Shown: positions 10,390-20,208 of the stretch, one piece after another
How the letters are laid out: each line of letters starts with the position of its first letter
Position numbering within the stretch: the stretch's first letter is position 1
Source: an uncultured Nitrospiraceae bacterium
GTDB lineage: Bacteria > Nitrospirota > Thermodesulfovibrionia > Thermodesulfovibrionales > Dissulfurispiraceae
Direction of reading: 5' to 3'
DNA: 64,000 nt
Assembly (NCBI GenBank): GCA_963705105.1
Contig: CAVPIW010000005.1
Span: forward strand, 576,001 to 640,000
Program-made: the position numbers and the translations under genes
Notes under the pieces: model-generated
Told to the model about the DNA's origin: nothing
Database searches by the model: none
The model's input: the letters and a program-made list of their open reading frames with translations, nothing else

Positions 10390-11226
10390 ATGCGCAGGTT
10401 CCTCTACCGGTCCGTCGGTGCGCTGGCAATGCTTGCCACCCTGTGCACGGCGCCTGCCTATTCCCATGAAACCATTAAGATAGGCAGCATCGGCGCCGCC
10501 GCGGGTATGATGAAAACCGTCTCCCGGGAGTTCGAAAAACACCACCGCACGATCAAAGTCAAGGTTCTCCCGATCCCGGACCCCTCGGGCGGGATCCAGG
10601 CTGTGTCGGAGAATGCGATCGACATCGGGGTGACGTCCCGCTCCCTCCGGGGGGATGAGAAGAAACGGGGACTTGTCGCCGTTCTCTTTGCCAGGACGCC
10701 TCTCATGCCCGTCTCGAACAGGGATGTCGGGATCAAGGGATTGAAGACCCACGAACTGGTGAGCATCTACCAGGGAAAAACCCTGAAGTGGCCGAACGGC
10801 AAGCAGGTGCGCCTCATCATGAGACCCGCTGCGGAGACCGACATGCAGCTCATCAGGAAGATTTCGCCGGAGATGAGGGCCGCCGTCGACAACGCCCTTT
10901 CCCGGCCGGGGATGAATCTGGCACGGACCGATCAGGACAATCTGAAAAAACTGGAGCGGGTGTCCGGCGCCGTCGGATTTGCGACATTGTCGCAGGTACT
11001 CTCGGAAGGGCGGAGCGTCAGCCCTCTTGCCTTCAACAGCCTGGCCCCGACCGTCGAAGCCGTTGCAAAGGGGCGTTATCCCGTCGTGAAGTCCTTTTAT
11101 TTTGTGAGGAAAAAAGATCCTTCCCCTGAGGAGCGGGCGTTCGTCGCTTTTCTCCTGTCGGCGAAGGGCAGGAAGATCCTGAAGGAAGCGGGCTGCGCGC
11201 CCGCTCCGGGAGCGCCGGAGAGGTAA
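10390..11226 (+). CDS. PstS-like (PBP type 2) periplasmic substrate-binding protein
   Basis: Signal peptide; SGGIQAV..AIDIGVTSRSL, IYQGKTLKWPNG, GRYP motifs. Confidence 0.85.
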   Translation: MRRFLYRSVGALAMLATLCTAPAYSHETIKIGSIGAAAGMMKTVSREFEKHHRTIKVKVLPIPDPSGGIQAVSENAIDIGVTSRSLRGDEKKRGLVAVLFARTPLMPVSNRDVGIKGLKTHELVSIYQGKTLKWPNGKQVRLIMRPAAETDMQLIRKISPEMRAAVDNALSRPGMNLARTDQDNLKKLERVSGAVGFATLSQVLSEGRSVSPLAFNSLAPTVEAVAKGRYPVVKSFYFVRKKDPSPEERAFVAFLLSAKGRKILKEAGCAPAPGAPER

Positions 11227-11228
11227 TC

Positions 11229-12611
11229 ATGCCGGAGAGAAAGAACATCACGAGGATCATCAGTTGGCTCACGGCCCTTATCCTTGCCGTCGTCCTGATC
11301 GTTCCTCCCTGCGGATATTACCTCATCTCCTACAACTATGCCGCCGGAAGTCTCGAGACGGAGGCGACGATCACGGCCGGTATCATTACCCAGATCATCA
11401 GCGCAAACCCGGGGTTGTGGGAATATGAGCAGGCAAGCCTGAAAGATCTCCTCCTTCACCGTACCGCTGAGGGTGAAGCGTATGCCGAGGTGCGCCGTAT
11501 TTATAATGCCGAGCAGCGTCTCATCGTCGAGATCGCCGAGGAACTGCACTATCCAGTCATCGTCCGGTCGAGGCCCCTCTATGATTCCGGAGTCGTCGTG
11601 GGCATGATCCAGATATCCCGGTCCCTGCGCCCCCTCCTCGTTCGTTCGGCCGTCATCGCCCTCGTGATGATCCCCCTGTGCGTCGGCGTCTTCCTCGTGC
11701 TCCGCCATCTACCCATCCGCACGATCGAGGAGGCGGAGGAAGCCCTTAAGCAGGCCAAGCAGCGGTACCAGAGGATTGTCGAGGACCTGCCGGACCTCGT
11801 CTGCAGGTACAAGCCCGATACGACGATCACCTTCGTCAACGACGCGTACGCCCAGTTTTTCGGCAAGACCGCCGATGAGCTCATCGGGACGAGCTTCCTC
11901 GCCCTCGTGCCCCGGGAGACCCACGAATACATCCTGCAGAGCATCGCCTCGCTGACCCGCGAATTGCCTGTCATTTCCATGGAGCACGAGGTACGCGCTC
12001 ACGACGGGTCTGTGCGATGGCAGCACTGGCGTGACCGGGCCTTCTTCGACGAGACGGGAACGATGACGGAGATCCAGTCCATCGGCCAGGACATCACCGA
12101 GCGGAAGGAGATGGAGGAGAAACTCAAAACCCTTTCGATCACCGATGATCTGACGGGCCTCTATAACCGCCGGGGATTTTACGCCCTGGCGGAGCAACAG
12201 ATGAAGATGGCGCGCCGGATGAAGGCCGACATGGTCATCCTGTCGGCGGACCTCGACAATCTCAAGGAGATCAATGACACCCAAGGCCACCAGAGGGGCG
12301 ATCAGGCAATTTCGGAAGCGGCCCGGGCCATACAGGAATCATTCCGCGCGTCCGATATCATCGCCCGCGTCGGAGGCGACGAGTTCGCCGTTTTTCAGAT
12401 AAAAAACAGCGCTGTCGACACCGGCATCCTCACGAACCGCCTGGCGTCGAAGCTCGAACAGATCAACAGGGAGGGGAGAAACGGGGTGGTTGTTGCCATG
12501 AGCGTCGGCGTGGCGTCCTTCCCGGCCGATTCACCCTGTACGATCGACGAGATGCTCGACCGGGCGGACAAGCTCATGTATGAGCAGAAACGACTGAAGC
12601 GGGGGGCATGA
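11229..12611 (+). CDS. Membrane-bound PAS-domain diguanylate cyclase
   Basis: Two TM helices, PAS/PAC (GSVRW...GQDITERK), TDDLTGLYNRR, ARVGGDEF. Confidence 0.93.
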   Translation: MPERKNITRIISWLTALILAVVLIVPPCGYYLISYNYAAGSLETEATITAGIITQIISANPGLWEYEQASLKDLLLHRTAEGEAYAEVRRIYNAEQRLIVEIAEELHYPVIVRSRPLYDSGVVVGMIQISRSLRPLLVRSAVIALVMIPLCVGVFLVLRHLPIRTIEEAEEALKQAKQRYQRIVEDLPDLVCRYKPDTTITFVNDAYAQFFGKTADELIGTSFLALVPRETHEYILQSIASLTRELPVISMEHEVRAHDGSVRWQHWRDRAFFDETGTMTEIQSIGQDITERKEMEEKLKTLSITDDLTGLYNRRGFYALAEQQMKMARRMKADMVILSADLDNLKEINDTQGHQRGDQAISEAARAIQESFRASDIIARVGGDEFAVFQIKNSAVDTGILTNRLASKLEQINREGRNGVVVAMSVGVASFPADSPCTIDEMLDRADKLMYEQKRLKRGA

Positions 12612-13514
12612 TCAGGCGCTCCCGCTCTCCTCTTCCCCCATCTTCCGGAGGAGGGGAGTGAAAGCGGCAGGGAGCCTGCTCCCAAATGCCATAACCGTGC
12701 CTGTGACGGGGTGCCTGAATGTGATCGACGAGGCATGGAGGGCGAGGCGGCCGATCGGGTTCGTCCGTGAGCCGTATCTCCTGTCGCCCGCCACGGGATG
12801 GTCGATCGAGGCGAGGTGCACTCTGATCTGGTGTTTCCGCCCCGTCACGAGCTTCACTTCCACAAGTGCGTGGTCCCTTCCCCATCTCAGCACGCGATAC
12901 TCCGTGACGGCAAGCCGGGCGCCGCTCGTTTCCCCGGCGACGTAAACCTTGAGGGTGCTCATCTCGCTCACATAGCCGCTGATCACACCCTCCCGCCGTC
13001 CCGGCACGCCATCGACGACGGCGAGGTACCGTTTTTCCACTGATTTCCATTGATTGCGGAGCCGTTGCTGGACATTTTCCGACTTCGCGAAGATCAGCAG
13101 CCCCGATGTGTCGCGGTCGAGACGGTGGACGATGAAGACGCGCTCTCCCTTGTCCGGGCTTTTCGCCTTCAGGTACTCGTTCAGCAGAAAGTAGAGCGTG
13201 TTACGCCTTTCCGACTCCGTCGCCATTGTCAGCAGACCGGCCGGTTTTTCGACGACCATGATGGCATCGTCCTCGTAACGGATTGCGATGCCCGAACGGC
13301 GGATGACATCGGTTGCGACGCCGGCGGACGATGTCCTGACGGTGATCCTGTCGCCCGGCGAAAGGGGCATTTCGGGATGGCGGACCGCCTCGCCGTTGAC
13401 CGAGAGTGCCTTGTATTTAAGGAGTTGCCTGATCCTGTTCCTGCTGTAGCCGTGGCGCAGGAGCAGGCCCGAAAGAGTGTCATTGTCGCGGACGGTGTAG
13501 GTGATCACGTGCAA
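12612..13514 (-). CDS. RluA family pseudouridine synthase
   Basis: S4-like N-terminus, VVEKPAGL, VHRLDRDTSG, TGRKHQIRVH, LALHA. Confidence 0.95.
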   Translation of the reverse strand: MHVITYTVRDNDTLSGLLLRHGYSRNRIRQLLKYKALSVNGEAVRHPEMPLSPGDRITVRTSSAGVATDVIRRSGIAIRYEDDAIMVVEKPAGLLTMATESERRNTLYFLLNEYLKAKSPDKGERVFIVHRLDRDTSGLLIFAKSENVQQRLRNQWKSVEKRYLAVVDGVPGRREGVISGYVSEMSTLKVYVAGETSGARLAVTEYRVLRWGRDHALVEVKLVTGRKHQIRVHLASIDHPVAGDRRYGSRTNPIGRLALHASSITFRHPVTGTVMAFGSRLPAAFTPLLRKMGEEESGSA

Positions 13515-13759
13515 TTATACCCGAAGGACCGGCCCGGATAAAAGTGCCCTGTGAATCTTGCAGCTGCATGAAAAGGCGGGGAAATGATGCCACGAAATAT
13601 TGGACAATAGACTTAGTCGGAACAAGGCCAAAAACACAATGACGGGAGCACTGCTCACAGCAATGTTTTCGATGTTTGGTGAACTGCCGGCGCAGCGTTC
13701 CCTTTTCACCGGAACCATGATATCATGTCACTGGGATCTGATAATTTCAAGGAGGCTCT

Positions 13760-15223
13760 ATGAAACAGGACGGCGGAGAGATCCTTATCGCAAAGGGAAA
13801 GCATGATATGTCTCTGCTCCTCGGTATGGCGAACCGTCACGGGCTTATCGCCGGCGCAACCGGCACCGGCAAGACCGTCTCGCTGCGTGTCATGGCAGAG
13901 CAGTTCAGCACGAACGGTGTGCCTGTCTTTATGGCTGACGTCAAGGGTGACCTTTCAGGTATGGTCCATCCGGGCGGTGACAACCCGAAAGTGGCGGAAC
14001 GGGCGGAGAAACTCGGCCTCGAGGGCTTCGGCTACGAGGGATACCCGGTCGTGTTCTGGGATGTTTTCGGGGAGCAGGGACACCCCGTGCGCACCACCAT
14101 ATCGGAGATGGGGCCGCTTCTTCTCGGCAGGCTGCTCAATCTGAACGATATTCAGAGTGGCGTCCTGACGATCATCTTCAAAATCGCCGACGACAACGGC
14201 TTCCTTCTCCTCGATCTCAAGGACCTGAGGACAATGGTCGAGTTTGTCGGAGACAACGCCGCCCAATTCAAGACGTCCTACGGGAACATATCCGCTGCCA
14301 GCATCGGCGCGATTCAGCGGAATCTCCTGGCGATCGAAGAGCAGGGCGGCAATCAGTTCTTCGGCGAGCCGGCCCTGAATCTCGAAGACCTCATGCAGAC
14401 CGGTGCAGACGGCAAGGGGATCATCAACATCCTCGCCTCAGACAGACTCATAAGCGCCCCGAAACTCTATGACACCTTCCTGCTCTGGATGCTCGCAGAG
14501 CTTTTCGAACAGCTTCCCGAGGTCGGAGACCCGGAAAAGCCGAAACTCGTCTTCTTTTTCGACGAGGCCCATCTCCTCTTCGACGACGCGTCGAAAGCGC
14601 TCAAGGAGAAGGTGGAGCAGGTGGTCCGCCTCATCCGGTCGAAGGGCGTGGGGGTGTATTTCGTGACCCAAAATCCCCTCGATCTTCCTGATGAAGTACT
14701 CGGGCAGCTCGGCAACAGAGTGCAGCACGCCCTCAGGGCCTTCACACCGAGGGACCAGAAGGCCGTCAAGGCGGCTGCCCAGACCTTCCGGTCGAACCCG
14801 AAGCTCAATGTGGAAACGGCCATCACGGAACTTGCCACCGGCGAGGCCCTTGTGTCCTTCCTCGACGGGAAAGGGTCCCCGGGCGTCGTGGAGCGCGCCC
14901 TCGTCTGCCCGCCCCGGAGCCGCCTCACGCCTCTGGCGGCAGAGGAGAGGTCGGAGGTGATCAGGTCTTCGGTCCTCTTCGGGCATTACGAAGAGGCGGT
15001 GGACAGGGAATCGGCCTATGAGAAACTGAAGGAGAAGGCCTCGCAGGCGCAGCCGGATCAGGCTGAGACGCCCCGGGAGAGCGGGCGGGCCTCAGAGGTG
15101 ACGAGCCAGGCGGGGGTGCTCGTGAAGGCCCTTGCAAAGAGCGCCGCTCATGCCATCGGGAGCCAGATAGGGCGTCAGATCATCCGCGGCGTGCTCGGGT
15201 CCATATTCGGCGGCAAGCGGTAA
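13760..15223 (+). CDS. DUF853 / YjgR HerA-like ATPase
   Basis: [49 protein letters not shown]. Confidence 0.95.
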   Translation: MKQDGGEILIAKGKHDMSLLLGMANRHGLIAGATGTGKTVSLRVMAEQFSTNGVPVFMADVKGDLSGMVHPGGDNPKVAERAEKLGLEGFGYEGYPVVFWDVFGEQGHPVRTTISEMGPLLLGRLLNLNDIQSGVLTIIFKIADDNGFLLLDLKDLRTMVEFVGDNAAQFKTSYGNISAASIGAIQRNLLAIEEQGGNQFFGEPALNLEDLMQTGADGKGIINILASDRLISAPKLYDTFLLWMLAELFEQLPEVGDPEKPKLVFFFDEAHLLFDDASKALKEKVEQVVRLIRSKGVGVYFVTQNPLDLPDEVLGQLGNRVQHALRAFTPRDQKAVKAAAQTFRSNPKLNVETAITELATGEALVSFLDGKGSPGVVERALVCPPRSRLTPLAAEERSEVIRSSVLFGHYEEAVDRESAYEKLKEKASQAQPDQAETPRESGRASEVTSQAGVLVKALAKSAAHAIGSQIGRQIIRGVLGSIFGGKR

Positions 15224-15235
15224 ACATTCCGTCTC

Positions 15236-15469
15236 CCTTTCTGTTTCATGAAAAGGCGGGGCGAAGCGCTCTGAAAAACAGTGACAGTGTGAGTGACAGT
15301 GTCACTGTCGGTGTCACTGCCGCTGCCTGCGGGAAGGCAGATATGGTTCAGAGCCTTTCCGTCCGAGTGTTCGTGGCCTGGTTATGACCGTCGAATGTTT
15401 TAATGACTCAATGACTTTATGGTGGCGCATACGCCCCGCCTTTCCAGGGAGTGTATTGCAACGATGAGG
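15236..15469. repeat. Modular element (arms gamma+epsilon) with a collapsed solo inner site
   Basis: Matches 47188-47559 except for a precise 138-bp deletion between AGCCTTTCC and AGCCTTCCC. Confidence 0.88.
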
Positions 15470-15559
15470 TAACATTGCCATCGGGAAGGCGAATGACACC
15501 GGTAAGGTTAAGGATTTTTCCCGACACTGACACTCACACTGTTTGCAGAATGATAAGAT

Positions 15560-16606
15560 TTACGGGATGAGATACTCGTTGACGCGGCCCACGTCGAACC
15601 GGTCGGCAAGGAGCACCTTCCGGACGAATGTGAAGAGCTTCCGGCGTACGTCCGGTGACAGGTCGGGATAGAAGACCGGGTTGGCAACGACGACGCCCCG
15701 GAAGGCGAAGAAGGGGGCGACGACCGCAAGGATTTCCTCGTCACCCGTCATCGAGACGTAGTCGTCGAAGAACAGGCGCAGGCCCTCGATGAACGGCCCC
15801 CGCACGTCACCGAAATAACGCAAGGAGAAAAAGATGTAATTGATCGTGAGGGCCGTCACGTCGTCGGCGGCATCGCCCCAGGGTCCCCGGGAACGGTCGA
15901 GGAGCGTGAAGTCCCCGCCGTTGCGGAACCAGATGTTGCCGGGGTGGAAATCGCCGTGAATCATGCAGAGCCGGTCCGTTTTCCTCTTGAGCCTTGCCCT
16001 CCAGTCAATGCAGAGCTTCTCGATCTCCGCCATTTCCTCATACCTGAGGGTCCCGTCGGGATAGGTGTCGAAGACTCCCATGAGACACTCGCCGTGGCCG
16101 ACGGTATCCCGGATCTTCCGCCAGTAAAGCTGCCGGGATATCTTTTTTACGGCATGGATGCCGGCGAGGTATGAAACCATGGCCCGGATCTTCGCGCGGT
16201 CTTGCTCGTCGAGACAGCTTTTGTCCGTGAAAGACCGTAGGTCCTCGAAGTAGTCCGTTCCTTCGGCCCGCTCCATGAGGAGGTAGTATTCCCTGCCTCC
16301 CCCGATCGATTTTATCGAACCATCTTCCATCTCGGCGAGGACGTCGACGGCGCGCACATGCCCAGGCAGATTGGCGAACTCGTCGAGGTCGAGGAGAAAG
16401 ACGGAGGCACGGTCGGCGGGATAGTCGTGGCCGAGTCCCTCGGGGATGAGGGCCTTGACGACGTATGACTGCGTTCCCCCTGGCCCCTGCATTTCGATAA
16501 GGAACCCCGCTCCCTGCACGCCCGCCCCGAGCTTGCGGATCGTCACCCCTTTTGTATCAGGGAATTCCTGCAGGATGTATCGTGTGATCGCTTCTTCGTT
16601 GATCAT
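15560..16606 (-). CDS. Aminoglycoside-phosphotransferase-like (APH) kinase
   Basis: G-rich loop LGAGVQG, VVK, HGDFHPGNI, LLD. Confidence 0.88.
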   Translation of the reverse strand: MINEEAITRYILQEFPDTKGVTIRKLGAGVQGAGFLIEMQGPGGTQSYVVKALIPEGLGHDYPADRASVFLLDLDEFANLPGHVRAVDVLAEMEDGSIKSIGGGREYYLLMERAEGTDYFEDLRSFTDKSCLDEQDRAKIRAMVSYLAGIHAVKKISRQLYWRKIRDTVGHGECLMGVFDTYPDGTLRYEEMAEIEKLCIDWRARLKRKTDRLCMIHGDFHPGNIWFRNGGDFTLLDRSRGPWGDAADDVTALTINYIFFSLRYFGDVRGPFIEGLRLFFDDYVSMTGDEEILAVVAPFFAFRGVVVANPVFYPDLSPDVRRKLFTFVRKVLLADRFDVGRVNEYLIP

Positions 16607-16637
16607 CAGTCTTACCTCAGCGTTCTATACGCCCTCC

Positions 16638-16771
16638 GGGAAGGCCGATATGGTTCAAAGCCTTTCCAATGCGATGAAGAGACATCTTCAGGTGTTCGGC
16701 GTCTGGTGCCTGACGGGCTTTTGTCATCGAATAACACGGCAAAGGGTAGTTTTCACCACATCAGCCTTCCC
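16638..16771. repeat. Free-standing inner (GGGAAGGC-type) element, internally shortened
   Basis: GGGAAGGCCGATATGGTTCAAAGCCTTTCC...TTTTCACCACATCAGCCTTCCC; homologous to 47283-47450 and 56553-56720. Confidence 0.85.
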
Positions 16772-16873
16772 GTCCCGGTGTTCGTGGCCTTGTTCCGAAT
16801 GACGTCTGACGACTGCCGATCGACGACGACAACTGATGTGTTGACGCATTTCTATCCCGCCTTTGCCGAAGTG

Positions 16874-17803
16874 TCATTCCCCGAAGTTTTCACGGTAACG
16901 CGTGATGAACTCGGCGTATGTGTAGGAATGCTCCTGGGTCCCGTAATGCTCCACAGCATAGGTTGCAGCAACGGCCCCCATCTTCGCCGAGTTGATGATG
17001 TCCTTTCCCATGGATATCCCCTTGAGAATGCCTGCCCTGTATGCGTCGCCGGCGCCGGTGGGGTCGACGACGGCGGACACAGAGGCTGCTGGAATGGAGA
17101 ATTCGCCGTCCCTCGTGCTGATGAGGGAACCCTTCTCTCCGAGGGTGGTGACGATCATGCCCGTCATTGCGAGGAGGCCCCTCTTGTCCTCTCCCGTCAT
17201 CGTCATGATGAGTTCAAGCTCATAGTCGTTCGAGATGAGCAGCTCCGATCCGTTAATCCACTCCCGGAAGGCCCCCTTCTCCCACGCCGTAAGGGACTGC
17301 CCGGGATCGCAGATGTAGGGAATGCGTCGTTTCCTGCAAATCCGCGCGTATTCCTCCATGTCGCCGAGGTTGCCCGGCGCAATCAGGAGGAGCGTGTCTT
17401 CGGGCCCGTCGCCTTCGAAAGTGCATCCCGACGGGAATTTCATCGCGCCGGGATTGAACCCTGTTATCTGGTTGTCCGATCGGTCCGTCGTGATGTACGC
17501 ACCGGCGGTGAACTCTTCGGGGATGACCCTGATCCCTTCCACTGGTATTCTATGTTCGCGGAGCCATTCGAAGTACCGCTCATAATCCTTCCCGATCGTG
17601 GCGAGGATATGGGCTTTCTCGCCGAGGAGGCTCAGGGAATAGGCGATATTGCCCGCCGTGCCGCCGAACTTCTCGACCATGCCGTTGACGGTGAAGCAGA
17701 CGTTCAGGATGTGGATCTTGTCCGGGAGAATATGGTCCGAGAACTTTCCCGGGAAGTCCATGATCCTGTCATAGGCAAGGGATCCCGAAACGTAGATTTT
17801 CAT
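16874..17803 (-). CDS. PfkB family nucleoside/carbohydrate kinase
   Basis: SGSLAYD, FGGTAGNIA, TTLGEKG, DPTGAGDAYRAG. Confidence 0.93.
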   Translation of the reverse strand: MKIYVSGSLAYDRIMDFPGKFSDHILPDKIHILNVCFTVNGMVEKFGGTAGNIAYSLSLLGEKAHILATIGKDYERYFEWLREHRIPVEGIRVIPEEFTAGAYITTDRSDNQITGFNPGAMKFPSGCTFEGDGPEDTLLLIAPGNLGDMEEYARICRKRRIPYICDPGQSLTAWEKGAFREWINGSELLISNDYELELIMTMTGEDKRGLLAMTGMIVTTLGEKGSLISTRDGEFSIPAASVSAVVDPTGAGDAYRAGILKGISMGKDIINSAKMGAVAATYAVEHYGTQEHSYTYAEFITRYRENFGE

Positions 17804-19572
17804 ATGGTCTCCTTTTTTCTTAGTGCGTCGAGAAGCTTCTCGGCGAGGGGCCTGCTGAATCCTTTCACCCCGGCGATATCGTCCACCCCGGAGGACCGTA
17901 TCCGCTCGATGCTGCCGAAGGCGCGCAGGAGCGCCAGCCTTCGTTGTTTGCCGATCCCCGGCACCTGCTCCAGGGGCGATTCCATGAGACGCTTGTCCCG
18001 CAGCTTTCTGTGGAACCCGATGGCGAAGCGGTGGACCTCGTCCCGTATTTTTCTAAGCAGGAGCGACGACCTGCTCCTGTCCCCGAGCTCCACGACCGTC
18101 CCGTCCAACAGGAACGCCCTGTCGGGCTTCTTCGCAACGGCGATCAGGCCGCTCCTGACTCCCAGGTCCTCCATGGCCTTCCGGGCGATTTCGAGCTGCC
18201 CCTTCCCGCCGTCGATGACGACGAGGTCCGGCACGACGTCGCCGCCCTTTTCGAGCACCCGCGTCACGATCTCTCCGATCATGGAATAGTCGTCGACGCC
18301 TTCGACGGTTTTGATCCTCAGTCGCCGGTAGAGCTCTTTCCTGAATTCCCCCCTTTCCCAGAACACAAAGGCCCCGACGGACTCGCCCCCCTGGATCGTC
18401 GAGGCATCGAAGGCTCCGATCCGCAGGGGGACATTGTAGAGGCCGAGCCGCTCCTGCAGCTCCCTCGGGGTTTCGTCTTCCCTTCGCTTTTTTGCAACAA
18501 GGGCGAGCCCCGCGTTCTCATTCGCCATGCCGAGGAGTTCCCGCTCCTTTCCTTCCTGCGAGACCCTGATCCGCACCCCTTCTCCCCGTCTTTTTGAGAG
18601 AAAAGCGCTGAGATCGTCCGCCAGGTCCGGCAGGACATGCACGATTATGTCGCCGGGCGGGATGATCTCCTTTGTGTAGAAAAGCTCGATGAAGCTGTGC
18701 AGGATCTCCGGGTCGTCCGCTCCCAGGAGGTTGTCCGTCACGAAGGACTTCGTTCCGATGAGCATGCCGTTTCTGACGAACAGGATCTGCAGGGCGCTCC
18801 GGTCCCCGTCGTGGGCGCTGCCGATGATGTCGAGGTCCTCCAGCTCCGGCGCGATGATCTTCTGCGACTCGAAGGCCTTCCGGATGAGGGTGACGCGGTC
18901 GCGTATCTTCGCCGCCTCCTCGAATCTCAGCTCATCTGCGAGGCGCTGCATCTTCTCTTCAAGGCTATCGATGAGGGCGCCCTTTTCCCCCCTCAGGAAG
19001 AGCTCCACGTCCCTGACGATCCTGAGGTATTCATCCCTGCCGATGCCCCCTGCGCAGGGCGCGGGGCAGCGCTTCATCTGGTGCTGCACGCAGGGTCTCC
19101 TCCGCCTTTCCATATTGTAGCCGCACCGCCTGATGAAGAAGTTCCTCCTGATGAACGAGAGGACCTCCCACATCCCCTGTGCCGGCACATAGGGACCGAA
19201 GTAGAGGTTGCCGTCTCTCCTGATTCTCCGCACCACTTCGATTCTCGGCCATTCCTCGGTCACGGTGAGACAGATGTAAGGATAATTCTTGTCGTCCCTG
19301 AGGATGATATTGAACCGCGGCTTGTATTGCTTGATGAGGTTCGCCTCGAGGATGAGGGCCTCCAGTTCGGTGTCCGTGACGACGGTCGAGAAGTCCCTCA
19401 CCTGCCTGACCATCGCGAGCTTCCTCTGATCGAGGGCCGCTGATTCCTGGAAATAGCTCCTCAGGCGGTTCCGCAGGTTCTTCGCCTTGCCGACATAGAG
19501 GACCTTCTCGCCCCGGCCCTTGAAAATGTAAACACCCGGCCGCTGCGGGACATCGGAAAGATCGGGAATCAT
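17800..19572 (-). CDS. uvrC: Excinuclease ABC subunit C
   Basis: GIY-YIG (PGVYIF...YVGKAKNL), UVR domain, DGGKGQ, RDEVHRFA, HhH. Confidence 0.97.
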   Translation of the reverse strand: MIPDLSDVPQRPGVYIFKGRGEKVLYVGKAKNLRNRLRSYFQESAALDQRKLAMVRQVRDFSTVVTDTELEALILEANLIKQYKPRFNIILRDDKNYPYICLTVTEEWPRIEVVRRIRRDGNLYFGPYVPAQGMWEVLSFIRRNFFIRRCGYNMERRRRPCVQHQMKRCPAPCAGGIGRDEYLRIVRDVELFLRGEKGALIDSLEEKMQRLADELRFEEAAKIRDRVTLIRKAFESQKIIAPELEDLDIIGSAHDGDRSALQILFVRNGMLIGTKSFVTDNLLGADDPEILHSFIELFYTKEIIPPGDIIVHVLPDLADDLSAFLSKRRGEGVRIRVSQEGKERELLGMANENAGLALVAKKRREDETPRELQERLGLYNVPLRIGAFDASTIQGGESVGAFVFWERGEFRKELYRRLRIKTVEGVDDYSMIGEIVTRVLEKGGDVVPDLVVIDGGKGQLEIARKAMEDLGVRSGLIAVAKKPDRAFLLDGTVVELGDRSRSSLLLRKIRDEVHRFAIGFHRKLRDKRLMESPLEQVPGIGKQRRLALLRAFGSIERIRSSGVDDIAGVKGFSRPLAEKLLDALRKKETI

Positions 19573-19627
19573 AGACTAATATAGCATATCATCCTTGTCC
19601 AAAATATCTTGCAGCCGGACTTTGAAA

Positions 19628-20130
19628 ACGAGGATGGGGTGTGGTTTCTGAAGCATAATTCACGGTTGCCTTGCACGAAAAGACGGTGCAAAACGCTCCG
19701 AAAAACAGTGTCAGTGTCAGTGTCAGTAAAAGGTTCACTTTTCTTCAGACGTCTGCCTGAAATGGTCTGTACGGGAAGGCAGAGGTTTCGCAGCGCCGAT
19801 GCTTTTCGGCTCATACGCCCCGTTTTTCCTGAGATCTCATTGCAGTGATACGGGTTTACCTTATCGTTGCAATGCGCGCCCGGGAAAGGCGGGGCGTATG
19901 CGCCGAAAACCTTGCTGCGGCGACACCTGTATCAAAACGAAAGATGAACTATACGCTAATGGTCGATGACACAAAGAGTGAAATCCTGAAACACGAAGAT
20001 GACGAGGCGTATCGTCGCCTTCAGCAAGGCTTTGAGGCGTTTCGCCCCGCCTTTCCTGATATCTCATGGCGGTGATAAGGGTTTATTATGCGAAGAAATC
20101 ATGCCCCATCCTCGTGTCACATTATTTTTG
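19628..20130. repeat. Composite locus: two tandem modular elements (gamma+alpha; beta+delta at 19859-20081 with TTTA duplication) bracketed by inverted ACGAGGATGGGG modules
   Basis: CAGTGT microsatellite arm, GGGAAGGCAGAGGTTTCGCAGC arm, TTTA|CCTTATCGTTGCA...GATAAGGG|TTTA. Confidence 0.85.
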
Positions 20131-20208
20131 AATTTCAATGATAGCGTCTGAACGAAACGCAGGAATGCAGAGATGAGACTCCCCTGATGCCCTTTGGTAT
20201 AATAAGAC

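Noticed and set aside
16706..18289. Long antisense ORFs (527 aa here; also 51671-52861, 61122-62456, 63075-63965, 30062-31156)
   Set aside because: Shadow frames of well-supported genes on the opposite strand in GC-rich DNA, with no recognisable motifs.
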